Both the position numbers and the translations under genes were made by a program. The notes under the pieces were generated by a model. The model made no database searches and was not told the origin of the DNA. It worked only from the letters and a program-made list of their open reading frames with translations. DNA of 63,968 nt, counting the filler, from Actinomycetota bacterium (GTDB lineage Bacteria; Actinomycetota; Acidimicrobiia; IMCC26256; VFJJ01): assembly GCA_009886115.1 (NCBI GenBank). It is 4 parts of 4 records of this genome, joined end to end, with 100 filler letters (N's around TTAATTAATTAA, not from the genome) between each part and the next. Parts side by side here need not be neighbours in the genome. Positions count along the whole stretch, not along the records: positions 25,022 to 41,543 come from VFJJ01000102.1; positions 41,644 to 61,392 come from VFJJ01000058.1; 2 more parts are not named here. One strand, given 5' to 3'. Shown here one piece after another: positions 40,023 through 50,657 of the stretch; position 1 is the stretch's first letter; every line of letters starts with the position of its first letter.

Positions 40023-41371
40023 CTGCCAACGCCGACGCGACCCGCCCCCTCGACGCTCCCATCGATCTCGGTCTGTTGCCGTTCACGGCCCGTGTCGACG
40101 GCAACGGACGGCTCCGCATCGGCGGCTGCGACGTCGAGCAGCTCGCCGACGAGTTCGGGACGCCGCTGTTCGTCTACGACGAGCGCCACCTGCGGGCGCG
40201 CTGTCGCGACTACGCCCGTCATTTCGGTGGCGCGGCCAACGTGGCGTACGCCTCCAAAGCCTTCTTGTGCATGGCGATGGTCCACCTGGTGCACGAGGAG
40301 GGGATGAACCTCGATGTCGCGAGCGGTGGCGAGCTCCACGTGGCGCTGCACGCGGGCTTCCCATCCGAACGCATCGTGCTCCACGGCAACAACAAGTCGT
40401 TCCCCGAGCTCAAGCGGGCGTTGGAGGCCGGTGTGGGGCGCATCGTCGTCGACTCGCTCGACGAGCTCGTGCGGCTCGACGGGCTGGGCCAGCGCGGGCT
40501 GGGTCCGGTCGACGTGCTCATCAGGGTCAACCCCGGGATCGACGCCGCCACCCACGCCCATCTGGCCACGGCGTCCGACGAGTCGAAGTTCGGCTTCCCG
40601 ATCAGCACCGGGGCCGCGCTGGAGGCCGCCCGTTGGGCCGAGCAGTCGAGCGCCGTCAACCTGGTCGGGTTGCACCTGCACCTCGGCTCGCAGTTGGCAG
40701 GAGCTGGACAGTCGCTCCAGATGCGTGAGGCCTGTGAGCGCCTCGCCGTCTTCGCTGCCGAGGTGCAGACGAGCACCGGCGCCCGACTGCACGAGATGTG
40801 CCTCGGCGGCGGGCTCGGAGTGAGCTACGTCACGGGCGACGCTCCGCTGGCTCTCAACGCCTTCGCCGCCTCCCTGCGAGACGAGTTCCGGATCGCTTTC
40901 GAAGCGGCGGCCATCGATCCGTTGCCGCGGCTCACGGTCGAGCCTGGACGGTCGATCGCGGCGACGGCCGGGGTCACCCTCTACCGGGTCGGCACCATCA
41001 AGGAGGCCGTGACGCGCACGTACGTGGCCGTCGACGGTGGGATGAGCGACAACGTGCGCCCGACTGCGTACGGTGCTCGCTACGAGGCCTTCGTGCCGGC
41101 CCGGGCCAACGCCCGACGACCGCTCACCGTGGCCGTGGCCGGCAAGCACTGCGAGCAGGGCGACGTGCTCGTCGAGTCGGCGCAGCTGCCCGACGACCTG
41201 GCGATCGGTGACGTGCTGTGCACACCGGTGACGGGCGCGTACGGCATGGCCATGGCGTCGAACTACAACAAGGTCCCCCGTCCGGCCGTGGTGTTCGTCA
41301 TGAACGGCAGTGCTCGCTTGGTCGTGCGCCGGGAGACCCTCGATGATCTCGTCCGTCACGATCAGGTCTGA
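40019..41371 (+). CDS. lysA: Diaminopimelate decarboxylase
   Basis: FGTPL, YASKAF, HGNNK, SKFG, HLGSQ, EPGR, HCE.GD and SNYN motifs. Confidence 0.96.
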   Translation: MTANADATRPLDAPIDLGLLPFTARVDGNGRLRIGGCDVEQLADEFGTPLFVYDERHLRARCRDYARHFGGAANVAYASKAFLCMAMVHLVHEEGMNLDVASGGELHVALHAGFPSERIVLHGNNKSFPELKRALEAGVGRIVVDSLDELVRLDGLGQRGLGPVDVLIRVNPGIDAATHAHLATASDESKFGFPISTGAALEAARWAEQSSAVNLVGLHLHLGSQLAGAGQSLQMREACERLAVFAAEVQTSTGARLHEMCLGGGLGVSYVTGDAPLALNAFAASLRDEFRIAFEAAAIDPLPRLTVEPGRSIAATAGVTLYRVGTIKEAVTRTYVAVDGGMSDNVRPTAYGARYEAFVPARANARRPLTVAVAGKHCEQGDVLVESAQLPDDLAIGDVLCTPVTGAYGMAMASNYNKVPRPAVVFVMNGSARLVVRRETLDDLVRHDQV

Positions 41372-41414
41372 CGAGCGGACGAGCGGACGAGCGGACGAGG
41401 GATGAGATGGTGAC

Positions 41415-41543
41415 ATGGTGAGCACCGATGCGACCGAAGGTGGCGGTTCCGGTACGACCAAGGTGCTTCGGGTCGGCGTGTTGGGCTGCGGCAACGTGGG
41501 CGCGGCCCTGGTTCGACTGGTCACCGACCACGCTGATCTGATC
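41415..41543 (+). CDS. hom: Homoserine dehydrogenase, 5' part (truncated by contig end)
   Basis: LRVGVLGCGNVG Rossmann motif; conserved argS-lysA-hom order. Confidence 0.8.
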
Positions 41544-41643
41544 NNNNNNNNNNNNNNNNNNNNNNNNNNNNNNNNNNNNNNNNNNNNTTAATTAATTAAN
41601 NNNNNNNNNNNNNNNNNNNNNNNNNNNNNNNNNNNNNNNNNNN
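41544..41643. other. Artificial contig linker
   Basis: N runs flanking TTAATTAATTAA. Confidence 0.97.
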
Positions 41644-41645
41644 AA

Positions 41646-43052
41646 GGTGCCGAGGAGGGTTCGACCGATCCGTTCACCATCACCTACGCCCTGAACCCGG
41701 CCGCGGTGTGGAACGACGGAACGCCGATCACCTGCGCCGACGTCGAGTTCACCCGGCTCGCCTACCTGGAAACGACCGGGACGGTCGGAACGGCAGGGTA
41801 CGAGGACATCGACTCGATCGAGTGCCCAGACGCGCAGACGGCGATCCTGACGTTCGCCAAGCCCTATGCGCCATGGGCCGACCTGTTCGGTGGGGCCAAC
41901 AACTACGTGCTCAAGGCGGCGTTCTTCGAGGGCAACACCGACATCGCCGACGTACTGAACACCGAGATCCCGTTCTCGGGCGGCCCGTTCATCCTCGAGT
42001 CGTTCGACGAGACCCAGGCCATCCTCACGGCCAATACCGCCTACTGGGACGCTGAACGCATCCCGCTGGTGGAGCGGGTGATCATGATCCCGCAGGCCGA
42101 CACCGACACCGAGCTGAATGCCCTCAAGGCCGGCGAGGTGATGGCCATCTATCCGCAGCCCCGTCCCGACATCGTCGAGCAGCTCACCCAGGACAACCTG
42201 TCGTTGACCTTCGGCGCCGGCTCCACCTTCGAGGGCCTGTGGTTGGTGCAGGACTCGACGACCGCAGGCTCGGGTAACTTCCTGGCCAGCCAGGTGGTGC
42301 GTGAAGCGTTGCTCTACGCCATCGACCGTGATCTCATCCTCTCCGAGGTCATCCATCCGGCCTTCCCCGACGTCGAGCTCCTCAACTGCACGTTCTGGGT
42401 GCCTTCGGTTGGCGACTGGTGTGACACCAGCGATTACGCCGACGTGTCGTACGACCCCGCCAAGGTGGCCGAGCTCCTCGAAGGCGACGGCTGGGCGCTC
42501 GGTGGTGACGGGATCTACGAGAAGGACGGCCAGCGGTTGTCGATCGGCTGGCAGACGGTGCAGGGCAACGCCCGCCGCGAGGCCATCCAAGCGCTGATCA
42601 TTCCGGAGCTGGCCAACATCGGCATCGAGCTGGTGGCCGACAACTCCGAGCCGGGGCAGCTGTTCGAAGTGCGCCTGCCCAACCGTGACTTCGAGATCGG
42701 TCTGTTCGCCCAGGTGGCCAGCCCCGACCCGACCGCCACGACGAGCTGGGCCTGCGACCAGATCCCGACAGAGGAGAACGATTTCTCGGGTCAGAACTAC
42801 TACGCCTGGTGCAACGAGGAAGCGTCCGAGTTGCTGAAGCTGTCGGACGCGACTCCCGACCGTGAGGCTCGGGTCGAGCTGATCCACCAGATCGGCGATC
42901 TCATGCGCGCCGACGTGGTGGCGATTCCCTTCTACCAGCTCCCATTGATCACCGCGTGGGACACCGACCAGATCGACGGTCCGATCGACCTGTACACCTC
43001 CACCGGGTACAGCGCGTTCTCGAACATCTACGACTGGTCCCTGAAGGGTTGA
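41646..43052 (+). CDS. Peptide ABC transporter substrate-binding protein, family 5 (5' truncated)
   Basis: AVWNDGTPIT.AD, SGGPF and VREAL.YAIDR motifs; frame is open to the contig edge. Confidence 0.9.
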   Translation, partial: GAEEGSTDPFTITYALNPAAVWNDGTPITCADVEFTRLAYLETTGTVGTAGYEDIDSIECPDAQTAILTFAKPYAPWADLFGGANNYVLKAAFFEGNTDIADVLNTEIPFSGGPFILESFDETQAILTANTAYWDAERIPLVERVIMIPQADTDTELNALKAGEVMAIYPQPRPDIVEQLTQDNLSLTFGAGSTFEGLWLVQDSTTAGSGNFLASQVVREALLYAIDRDLILSEVIHPAFPDVELLNCTFWVPSVGDWCDTSDYADVSYDPAKVAELLEGDGWALGGDGIYEKDGQRLSIGWQTVQGNARREAIQALIIPELANIGIELVADNSEPGQLFEVRLPNRDFEIGLFAQVASPDPTATTSWACDQIPTEENDFSGQNYYAWCNEEASELLKLSDATPDREARVELIHQIGDLMRADVVAIPFYQLPLITAWDTDQIDGPIDLYTSTGYSAFSNIYDWSLKG

Positions 43053-43076
43053 TCCCAGATCCGTAGCGTGACCAAC

Positions 43077-43112
43077 GCGGTGGTGCCCGAGTTCCGGCTC
43101 GGGCACCACCGC
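43077..43112 (+). terminator. 15-bp stem hairpin after the substrate-binding gene (stabiliser or partial terminator)
   Basis: GCGGTGGTGCCCGAG-TTCCGG-CTCGGGCACCACCGC. Confidence 0.65.
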
Positions 43113-43162
43113 CGGACGCCACGGTCGTACCCGCCCCGTCTCTGCGACCGGGAGCCTGCACG

Positions 43163-44128
43163 TTGCTCCGCTACGTGATCCGTCGCTTGCTGTGGACGAT
43201 CCCCATCCTGTTCATCACCAGCATCTTGGTGTTCGTTGCCATCAAGGCCACGACCAACCCTGCCGCGCTTCGAGGCCCGGGAATCAGCAGCGACGACGTG
43301 CTGCGGTACAAGCAGCAACTCGGTCTCGACAAGTCGGGCACCGAGCAGTATTTGATCTGGCTCAAGCACATCGTGCGGGGCGATCTCGGGATCTCGCTCG
43401 AGACCCGCCAGGCGGTCTGGCCCGATCTACAAACGGCCATGTGGAACACGATCCGCCTCGGGCTCTTCGCCTGGATCATCACGATCATGGTGGGCGTCAC
43501 GATCGGCGTGGTCTCCGCGGTGAAGCAGTACTCGTGGTTCGACAACGCTTCGACGGGCACGTCGTTCGTCGGTCTGTCGGTGCCGCCGTTCTTCTTCGGG
43601 CTCGTGCTGCAGCTGGTGCTGGTCCTGAAGTTCCAGGATTGGTTCGGCGCCACCCCCTTCTACACGTCCCAGATGAACTCGCCCGGCCAGTCGTGCAGCT
43701 TGTGCATCGACCGCTTCCGGCACATGGTGCTGCCGGCGCTCACCATCGCCGTGCAGGGCATCGCCATCTACAGCCGCCTCATGCGTGCGAGCATGCTCGA
43801 TGTGATGAGCTCCGACTACATGCGCACCGCGCGGGCCAAGGGCATCTCGGAACGGCGGGTCATCGTGCGGCATGCGATGCGCAACGCGCTGATCCCCGTG
43901 ACGACTTTTGCCGCGCTCGACGTGGGCGCCATCATCGGCGGTCTCATTGTCACCGAGCAGGTCTTCCAATGGCCGGGGATGGGCCTCTACTTCCTCAACT
44001 CCTTCAGCGACGGTGACTACGCCCGGGTGCTGCCGTGGATGATGATCGTCGTCGTCTCGGTGGTCTTGTTCAACCTGATCGCCGATATCTTGTACGGCGT
44101 CCTCGATCCGAGGATCCGCGTTGGCTAG
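43163..44128 (+). CDS. Peptide ABC permease (OppB/DppB-like)
   Basis: GDLG.S, DYMRTARAKG, RHAMRNAL and LDPRI motifs. Confidence 0.93.
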   Translation: MLRYVIRRLLWTIPILFITSILVFVAIKATTNPAALRGPGISSDDVLRYKQQLGLDKSGTEQYLIWLKHIVRGDLGISLETRQAVWPDLQTAMWNTIRLGLFAWIITIMVGVTIGVVSAVKQYSWFDNASTGTSFVGLSVPPFFFGLVLQLVLVLKFQDWFGATPFYTSQMNSPGQSCSLCIDRFRHMVLPALTIAVQGIAIYSRLMRASMLDVMSSDYMRTARAKGISERRVIVRHAMRNALIPVTTFAALDVGAIIGGLIVTEQVFQWPGMGLYFLNSFSDGDYARVLPWMMIVVVSVVLFNLIADILYGVLDPRIRVG

Positions 44129-45158
44129 GACCGAGCTCCCGACGAGCGGCGAGGTCGAGGGGGCGGCTGGTTCCGGAGAGCCCGGCGAGTCGGCCGACGC
44201 GATCGCCATCGCCGAGGGTCTGACGGCCAAGCCGCTGTCGCCGTCGCTGCTTGCCTGGCGTCGGTTCCGTCGTCATCGGCTGGCGATGGTGAGCGCCGTC
44301 GCCTTGTTGCTGATCGCGTTGTTCGTGTTCGTGCCGGGTCTGTTGACGAACTTCGACCAGAACCAGCGCGACACGGCAGGGACCCGAAACGACGGCCCGT
44401 CGTGGGCGCATCCTCTCGGGACCGACGATCTCAGGCGCGACGTGCTGGCCCGAGTGCTCATCGGCGGGCAGGTCTCGCTCAAGGTGGGTATCGCCGTAGC
44501 ACTCATCTCGATCGTCGTCGGCGCGCTCGTCGGCGCGTTCGCCGGCTACCGCGGTGGCCTGGTCGATTCGGCCATGATGCGGGTCACCGATTTGTTCCTG
44601 GCGATCCCGCTGCTGGTCATTCTCATCGTGTTGACCAACCTCCCGGCCCGCCACCCCCGTCCCAAGCTGTGGCCAACCGATATACGGGTGCCCCTTGAGA
44701 CGCTGATGGGATCCAAGGGATCGGTGCGCTTGATCGTCACCCTGTTGGCTCTGTTCTTCTGGATGCAAACGGCCCGCATCGTGCGTGGAGTGATTCTCTC
44801 GTTGAAGGAGAAGGAGTTCGTTGAGGCGGCCCGGGCCCTGGGCGCCTCCGACACCCGCATCCTGTTGCGGCACTTGCTCCCCAACTGCATCGGGCCCATC
44901 GTCGTGAATATGACGCTGTCGGTCGCCGCGGCCATCCTCACCGAGTCGACCCTGTCGTTCCTGGGCTATGGGGTGCAGTCAGCGACCCAGGCGACGTGGG
45001 GCAACCTCCTCTCGGCCGCCAAGGGCCAGCTGGCGATTCACGCCCATCTCGTGCTGGCGCCGGGAATTACCGTGGTGCTCACCGTCTTGTGTGTGAACTA
45101 TCTCGGCGACGGTCTGCGCGACGCCCTCGACCCCAAGCAGCAACGTACCCGGGCATGA
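44121..45158 (+). CDS. Peptide ABC permease (OppC/DppC-like)
   Basis: HPLGTD, EFVEAARALG, ESTLSFLG and GDGLRDALDP motifs. Confidence 0.93.
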   Translation: MARTELPTSGEVEGAAGSGEPGESADAIAIAEGLTAKPLSPSLLAWRRFRRHRLAMVSAVALLLIALFVFVPGLLTNFDQNQRDTAGTRNDGPSWAHPLGTDDLRRDVLARVLIGGQVSLKVGIAVALISIVVGALVGAFAGYRGGLVDSAMMRVTDLFLAIPLLVILIVLTNLPARHPRPKLWPTDIRVPLETLMGSKGSVRLIVTLLALFFWMQTARIVRGVILSLKEKEFVEAARALGASDTRILLRHLLPNCIGPIVVNMTLSVAAAILTESTLSFLGYGVQSATQATWGNLLSAAKGQLAIHAHLVLAPGITVVLTVLCVNYLGDGLRDALDPKQQRTRA

Positions 45159-46249
45159 ACGACATGCGACCGTCGTGGGCTGCCGAGCCCGGAGCGAAGT
45201 CAGACGCCGCGTTCGGCCATCCGCCGCCCGGGGGGATCGGCGAGATCGTGCTCGAGGTCGAGAACCTCACGGTGCAGTTCCGCACCGAGGAGGGGCTGGT
45301 ACAAGCGGTGCGGGGCGTCGACATCGACGTGCGTGCCGGTGAGACCCTCGGCATCGTCGGCGAGTCGGGCTCGGGCAAGTCGGTGACGATGCTCGCGGTG
45401 ATGGGGCTGCTGCCGCGGACGGCAAGGATCACGGGGTCGATCCGCTTGCGCGGACAGGAGATCATGGCCATGTCGACCAAGGAGGCCCGTCGCATCCGCG
45501 GGTCGAAGGTCGCCATGATCTTCCAGGATCCCTTGACTGCCCTGAACCCGTGCCATCGCGTCGGCGATCAGATCGCCGAGATGGTGCATTCGCACCATCC
45601 CGAGTTCTCCGACCGGGCCGTGTCGTCTCGGGCCGCGGAGCTCTTGGAGCTGGTGGGCATTCCCCAGCCCGGGTTGCGAGCTCGTCAGTTCCCCCACGAG
45701 TTCTCGGGGGGCATGCGCCAACGGGCCATGATCGCCATGGCCATCGCCAACGATCCCGATGTGCTCATCGCCGACGAGCCCACAACCGCGCTCGACGTCA
45801 CCATCCAGGCCCAGATCCTCGAGGTCATGCGGACCGTGCAGGAGCACACCGGTACCGCGATCGTGTTCATCACCCACGATCTCGGGGTGATCGCCCGGAT
45901 GGCATCGCGGGTACACGTCATGTACGCCGGGCGGGGCGTCGAGATGGGCTCGGTGCTCGACGTGTTCGCCAACCCGCTGCATCCCTACACGCGTGGCTTG
46001 CTGAACTCCTTGCCCCGTGCAGGAATCCACACGGAGCGCCTCGTACCCATCGCCGGGTCGCCGCCGTCGATGTTGCACCCGCCCACGGGATGCGCGTTCC
46101 ACCCGAGGTGTCCCATCGTGCGGCCCGAGTGTTCGTCCGGTGAGCCCCCGCCGATGGCCGCAGTGGCTTCCGAGGTTGCCGGCTCCTCACGATTGTCGGC
46201 ATGTCTGTTCGCTGACGAGCTCGTTGCCGACGCGTGGGCGGCGCGGTGA
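45155..46249 (+). CDS. Peptide ABC ATP-binding protein (OppD-like)
   Basis: [25 protein letters not shown] and HPYT motifs. Confidence 0.93.
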   Translation: MNDMRPSWAAEPGAKSDAAFGHPPPGGIGEIVLEVENLTVQFRTEEGLVQAVRGVDIDVRAGETLGIVGESGSGKSVTMLAVMGLLPRTARITGSIRLRGQEIMAMSTKEARRIRGSKVAMIFQDPLTALNPCHRVGDQIAEMVHSHHPEFSDRAVSSRAAELLELVGIPQPGLRARQFPHEFSGGMRQRAMIAMAIANDPDVLIADEPTTALDVTIQAQILEVMRTVQEHTGTAIVFITHDLGVIARMASRVHVMYAGRGVEMGSVLDVFANPLHPYTRGLLNSLPRAGIHTERLVPIAGSPPSMLHPPTGCAFHPRCPIVRPECSSGEPPPMAAVASEVAGSSRLSACLFADELVADAWAAR

Positions 46250-47328
46250 CCGACGGGGCGATCGTGCAGACTGGCGACGGATCGTCGCCGACCGTGCCGT
46301 CGGTGCCTGCGCCCTCGTCGACGCCGGCGTCGAGCCTGGTTCCCGTCGAGACGATCCTCGAGGTCACCGATCTCGTCAAGCACTTCCCGGTACGCGGCGG
46401 ATCGTTGTTGCGCCGCGACGCGCGAGCGGTGCAGGCCGTCTCGGGTGTGTCGTTCACGTTGGGCGCTGGACGCACCCTGGGGTTCGTGGGCGAGTCGGGC
46501 TCGGGCAAGTCGACCGTCGGGCGCTGCCTCCTGCGGCTCATCGAGCCCACGTCGGGCTCCATCCGCTTCCTGGGTCGGGAACTGACCACCGTCTCGCGGC
46601 GGGAGATGCGCGTGTTGCGCCGCGAGCTCCAGATCGTGTTCCAGGACCCGTACGCCTCGCTCGATCCGCGCATGACCGTCGCCTCGATCATCGAGGAGCC
46701 GATGGCCATCCATCGCCTCCCGGGTGACCGGTCCGAGAAGGTGCGCGAGTTGCTCGCCCTCGTGGGGCTCAACCCCGAGCACGGCAACCGGTTCCCCCAC
46801 GAGTTCTCGGGCGGGCAGCGCCAACGCATCGGGGTGGCCCGGGCCTTGGCCCTCGAACCCAAGGTGCTGGTGCTCGACGAGCCTGTCTCGGCGCTCGACG
46901 TGTCGATCCAAGCCGGTGTGGTGAACCTGCTCGAAGACCTGCAGGACCGTCTCGGGCTCTCGTACCTGTTCATCGCCCACGATCTCTCGGTGGTGCGCCA
47001 CATCAGCGACGAGATGGCCGTCATGTACCTGGGCAAGATCGTCGAGATCGGCACCCGCGACGACGTGTACCTCCGCCCGTCGCACCCCTACACCCAGGCG
47101 CTGCTGTCTGCCATCCCGCTGCCCGACCCGGTGCTCGAGCGTGAGCGTACGCGCATCGTGCTCGAAGGCGACCCGCCGTCGCCGCTCGATCCGCCGTCTG
47201 GCTGCCGTTTCCGCACCCGCTGCTGGAAGGCCCAGGACCTCTGCGCCTCCGAGGAGCCGGCGCTCGTCGACCGGGGCGCCGGCCACCCCGTCGCCTGCCA
47301 TTTCGCCGAGGTCGCCCCTTCGCTCTGA
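46246..47328 (+). CDS. Peptide ABC ATP-binding protein (OppF-like)
   Basis: [24 protein letters not shown] and GCRFRTRC motifs. Confidence 0.93.
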   Translation: MTDGAIVQTGDGSSPTVPSVPAPSSTPASSLVPVETILEVTDLVKHFPVRGGSLLRRDARAVQAVSGVSFTLGAGRTLGFVGESGSGKSTVGRCLLRLIEPTSGSIRFLGRELTTVSRREMRVLRRELQIVFQDPYASLDPRMTVASIIEEPMAIHRLPGDRSEKVRELLALVGLNPEHGNRFPHEFSGGQRQRIGVARALALEPKVLVLDEPVSALDVSIQAGVVNLLEDLQDRLGLSYLFIAHDLSVVRHISDEMAVMYLGKIVEIGTRDDVYLRPSHPYTQALLSAIPLPDPVLERERTRIVLEGDPPSPLDPPSGCRFRTRCWKAQDLCASEEPALVDRGAGHPVACHFAEVAPSL

Positions 47329-47457
47329 TTCGCTGGAGTGCCTGGTTCTGCTGCTGGCGATTTGACGGCCCGGCCGAAATTGCCGGTGCGGTGGCGAGCG
47401 TGCGGGTCACCGGCATACGGTTCGGTCCGTCGTCACCTACAGCGTTCGGGAGAACTC

Positions 47458-49182
47458 ATGATGATCTCGGCCCGCCGTCACCGCCGTTACGGATCGATCG
47501 CGCTGGTCGCAGCCCTGGGAATGCTCGGGACGGCCGTCGCCACCGGCGCTGGGGCGGCACCGGCCGCCGCCGACCGGCAGGCAAACTCACCACAGGTGCA
47601 GGGCGTCCCGAGCTCCGATACCACGGCGGTGTTCCCCACCAACAAGCAGAACGAACCCACGATCGCCATCAACCCGTTGAACCCGTCGGTTCTCCTCGCC
47701 GGGGCCAACGACGAGCAGCGTCAACCGCCGTGCGGGCCCGGACCCGTCCGGGGCCCCGCTGTCGAGCTCAGCGACTGCTCGTTCTTCCCCGGCGTCGGGA
47801 CCTCGGGGATCTACCGCTCCACCGACGGTGGTGCGTCGTGGGTGAACCTGGGCTTGCTCGACGACCAGGCCGCCTGGCTTGCGGGCGACCTCGTGTCCGA
47901 CGGCGATCCGGTGATCACGTTCGGACCCCGTCCCAACGCTGAGGGAGCGTTCTCGTACGCCAACGGCGTGAGGGCCTATTACTCGACGCTGGCGTCGTGG
48001 AAGCCCGGTCGGAGCCCCTACCCGCCCAACAAGGCGCCCGAGGCTCTCGCCGTCTCCTACTCCGACGACAACGGCACCACCTGGAGCGCCCCGGTGCTCG
48101 CCACGGTCAAGGACAACCCCAACGACTTCAACGACAAGGAATGGATCGCCGTCGATGACTCGCCGTCGAGCCCGTTCTTCGGCCGGCTGTATCTCTCGTG
48201 GACGGAGTTTCGATCGGCTGCGTGCTGCCCGTCCGAACCGGTCATGGTGGCGATCTCCACCGACGGCGGCGTTTCGTTCGGAGCTCCCGTCCAGGTGAGC
48301 CCAGCCGGCAACAACGGGACGGGCAACGGGCGTCAGGGCTCGATGGGCGCCGTCGGCCCGGATGGGACGGCCTACGTCGTGTTCGAGCAGGGCTCGTCGC
48401 AGGTCGTGGTGATCTCGCGTGACGGTGGAGCGCGCTGGAGCCGGCCCGCCACCGTCGGCTCCGTCGCTGACATCGCCGACCCGATCCCCGGGGCGAACTT
48501 CCGCACCGACAGCTTCGCCACGATCGCCACCGACCCCCGCGAGGGCAGTACCAAGGTCTACGTGGCGTGGGTCAACCGGACCGCCCTCGGCGGCCGTGTC
48601 GTTGTCGTCCGCTCCACCAACCGGGGCCAGACGTGGAGCGCACCGGTCACGGTGAGCGGCGCCGGCCAGGGCTATGCGTTCTTCCAGGGCCTCGATGTCG
48701 CTCCCAACGGCCGTATCGACCTGGGTTACCAGGCGCTTGTGGCCGTGAACCCGGCGACCTTCGGGACGGGCAACGCCCGTATCGACAGCTGGTACTCGTC
48801 CTCGTCGGCGGCGAGCGGTGGTGCGGCGTGGTCCGGTCCCCGGAAGATCTCCTCGGCCTCGTCCGATCCGGCCGTCAGCGCCCAGAACAACCTGGCCCGC
48901 CAGTTCATGGGCGATTACAACGTCCTGGCCTCCACGAACACCAAGGCGTACTTCATCTACACCGACACCCGCAATGGCGTCGGCTGCCCGGACGTCGACG
49001 AGTACCAGCGCATCATCGCCGGGACGGCCGTCGTTCGCGGCGACATGGCCGACCGCATCGCCACCCGCCTCGGCCAGGACCCCTACGCCCACGACCCCGG
49101 CACCAAGCCCGCGCCCCCCGAGCACTGCGGATCCCAGTTCGGCAATTCCGACGCCTTCGTCAGCACCGTGTCGGTCTCGTAG
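47458..49182 (+). CDS. Secreted BNR/Asp-box (sialidase-like beta-propeller) protein
   Basis: Signal-peptide-like N-terminus; repeated S.DGG.SW/SDDNGTTWS/STNRGQTWS; NDKEWI and FMGDY motifs. Confidence 0.82.
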   Translation: MMISARRHRRYGSIALVAALGMLGTAVATGAGAAPAAADRQANSPQVQGVPSSDTTAVFPTNKQNEPTIAINPLNPSVLLAGANDEQRQPPCGPGPVRGPAVELSDCSFFPGVGTSGIYRSTDGGASWVNLGLLDDQAAWLAGDLVSDGDPVITFGPRPNAEGAFSYANGVRAYYSTLASWKPGRSPYPPNKAPEALAVSYSDDNGTTWSAPVLATVKDNPNDFNDKEWIAVDDSPSSPFFGRLYLSWTEFRSAACCPSEPVMVAISTDGGVSFGAPVQVSPAGNNGTGNGRQGSMGAVGPDGTAYVVFEQGSSQVVVISRDGGARWSRPATVGSVADIADPIPGANFRTDSFATIATDPREGSTKVYVAWVNRTALGGRVVVVRSTNRGQTWSAPVTVSGAGQGYAFFQGLDVAPNGRIDLGYQALVAVNPATFGTGNARIDSWYSSSSAASGGAAWSGPRKISSASSDPAVSAQNNLARQFMGDYNVLASTNTKAYFIYTDTRNGVGCPDVDEYQRIIAGTAVVRGDMADRIATRLGQDPYAHDPGTKPAPPEHCGSQFGNSDAFVSTVSVS

Positions 49183-49269
49183 CCAGCAGCCTCAGGAACG
49201 GTGAGCACCCGCCCGGAACTGACTGGTAGTCTGACGCCGCCGCCGGCGGGACCTCCCCCGGCGGCCACT

Positions 49270-49356
49270 GTCGGAGTGGCGGAACAGGCAGACGCGCTAG
49301 GTTGAGGGCCTAGTGAGGGCAACCTCGTGGGGGTTCAAGTCCCCCCTTCGACACCA
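49270..49356 (+). tRNA. tRNA-Leu(GAG)
   Basis: Acceptor stem GTCGGAG/CTTCGAC; anticodon arm CTAGG-TTGAGGG-CCTAG; long variable arm; CCA end. Confidence 0.96.
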
Positions 49357-49359
49357 CGA

Positions 49360-49394
49360 AAGCCCAGGCCAGAGGCCTGGGCTTCGTTCATTTT
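49360..49394 (+). terminator. Intrinsic terminator-like hairpin after tRNA-Leu
   Basis: AAGCCCAGGCC-AGA-GGCCTGGGCTT followed by CGTTCATTTT. Confidence 0.6.
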
Positions 49395-49497
49395 GTGTCG
49401 CTTGTCATTGGCGTGTCATCAATCCGCCTGCGCTCCTGCGCTGTGGAAACTGCGCGGTGCACTCCTGTCAGCCGATACGCGCCGGGGCGAGTATGGC

Positions 49498-49935
49498 GTG
49501 TCGAAGTGCACCCACTTCTGTGGTGGTCGCGTAGCTGGCCGTGGCTCCGAGCGCAGCTCGGCGGGGCACGGGGCCAATCTCCCGAGTCAAGAGCTCACCT
49601 CGGCAGAAGCGGCGGAGTTCTTCGTCGTCTACGGCCGGCTCGAAGTTGCGCTCGAGCGCGCCCTCGGCGCGGATCTCGTGAACGTGTGGTGCCTGAGGAA
49701 CTTCGCGTTCCGTCGCGACGACCCGGATCCGCCGCTGCTCGACGGACGGCCTAACCCTCACGTGCATTGGCACGTCGCTCCTCGATTCTCGTCACCGATC
49801 GAGATCGCCGGCGAGCAGTTCGTCGACGGGGACTTCGGGTGGCCACTCGTGTGGCGCGAACGACGCATGGCGCCCGACGGGCGACGAGCTGTGATCGCGA
49901 TGCTCCGAGAGGCCATGGACGTCGCCTACGCATGA
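49498..49935 (+). CDS. HIT-family protein (start uncertain, possibly degraded)
   Basis: PHVHWHVAPR histidine triad preceded by N..CL.N. Confidence 0.6.
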   Translation: MSKCTHFCGGRVAGRGSERSSAGHGANLPSQELTSAEAAEFFVVYGRLEVALERALGADLVNVWCLRNFAFRRDDPDPPLLDGRPNPHVHWHVAPRFSSPIEIAGEQFVDGDFGWPLVWRERRMAPDGRRAVIAMLREAMDVAYA

Positions 49936-49953
49936 GGGATGCCGAGTTCGGTA

Positions 49954-49986
49954 TTGCAGAATGATACCGCTAGCGGTATCATTCTG
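49954..49986 (+). promoter_or_regulatory. Promoter overlapped by a perfect 30-bp palindromic operator
   Basis: CAGAATGATACCGCTAGCGGTATCATTCTG (49957-49986); TTGCAG-17 bp-TATCAT; ATG follows 6 nt later. Confidence 0.75.
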
Positions 49987-49988
49987 AA

Positions 49989-50657
49989 ATGGCACGGATG
50001 GCGGTTGGCGATGCAGCGACGCGGTTGGGGCTGAGCGAGCGCCGTGTCCGGCAAATGTTGGCCGACGGCGTGCTGCGCGGTGAGCGCATCGGGCGGTCGT
50101 GGGTGATCGAGCGGTCGGCGATCGATGCCATCGCCGATGACCGGCCGGGCGTGGGTCGACCGTGGCAACCGCACTCCGCGTGGGCGCTGCTTGCGGTGGC
50201 CGGCGGCAACGAGGCGGAGGGTTCCGCGGTCGAGCGGTTCCGGGCGCGGGACCGGCTCGCCGAGCACGGCCTGGCGGGTCTGGTCGGTCGGTTGTCGGCT
50301 CGGTGTGCAGTGCGCCGCTTCTACGCGCACCCGGCGGTGCTCGACGATCTCGCCGGCGCCGACGACGTCGTGCTGGGTGGGATCAGTGCCGCAGGACATC
50401 ACGGCGGAGATCTGATCGCCGCGGGGGTGGTCGAGGTGTACGTGAAGGCGTCGATGGTCGCTGCGCTCGTCGACCGCTACGCGCTCGACGAGCGCGCGGA
50501 GCGCCCGAACGTGATTGTGCGCGTGGTCGACGACGAGCTCTGGCCGTTCGCGGCCGACGAGCGGTTTGCGCCGTGGCCGGTGGTCGCGGTCGATCTTCTC
50601 GAATCGGACGATGCCCGCTCGCGGCGCGCGGGTGCCGAGTTGGCGGCGCGACGATGA
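49989..50657 (+). CDS. HTH_17 plus AbiEi-like antitoxin/regulator
   Basis: VGDAATRLGLSERRVRQML..G.L.GERIGRSW; C-terminal VVAVDLLESDDARSRRAG. Confidence 0.65.
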   Translation: MARMAVGDAATRLGLSERRVRQMLADGVLRGERIGRSWVIERSAIDAIADDRPGVGRPWQPHSAWALLAVAGGNEAEGSAVERFRARDRLAEHGLAGLVGRLSARCAVRRFYAHPAVLDDLAGADDVVLGGISAAGHHGGDLIAAGVVEVYVKASMVAALVDRYALDERAERPNVIVRVVDDELWPFAADERFAPWPVVAVDLLESDDARSRRAGAELAARR

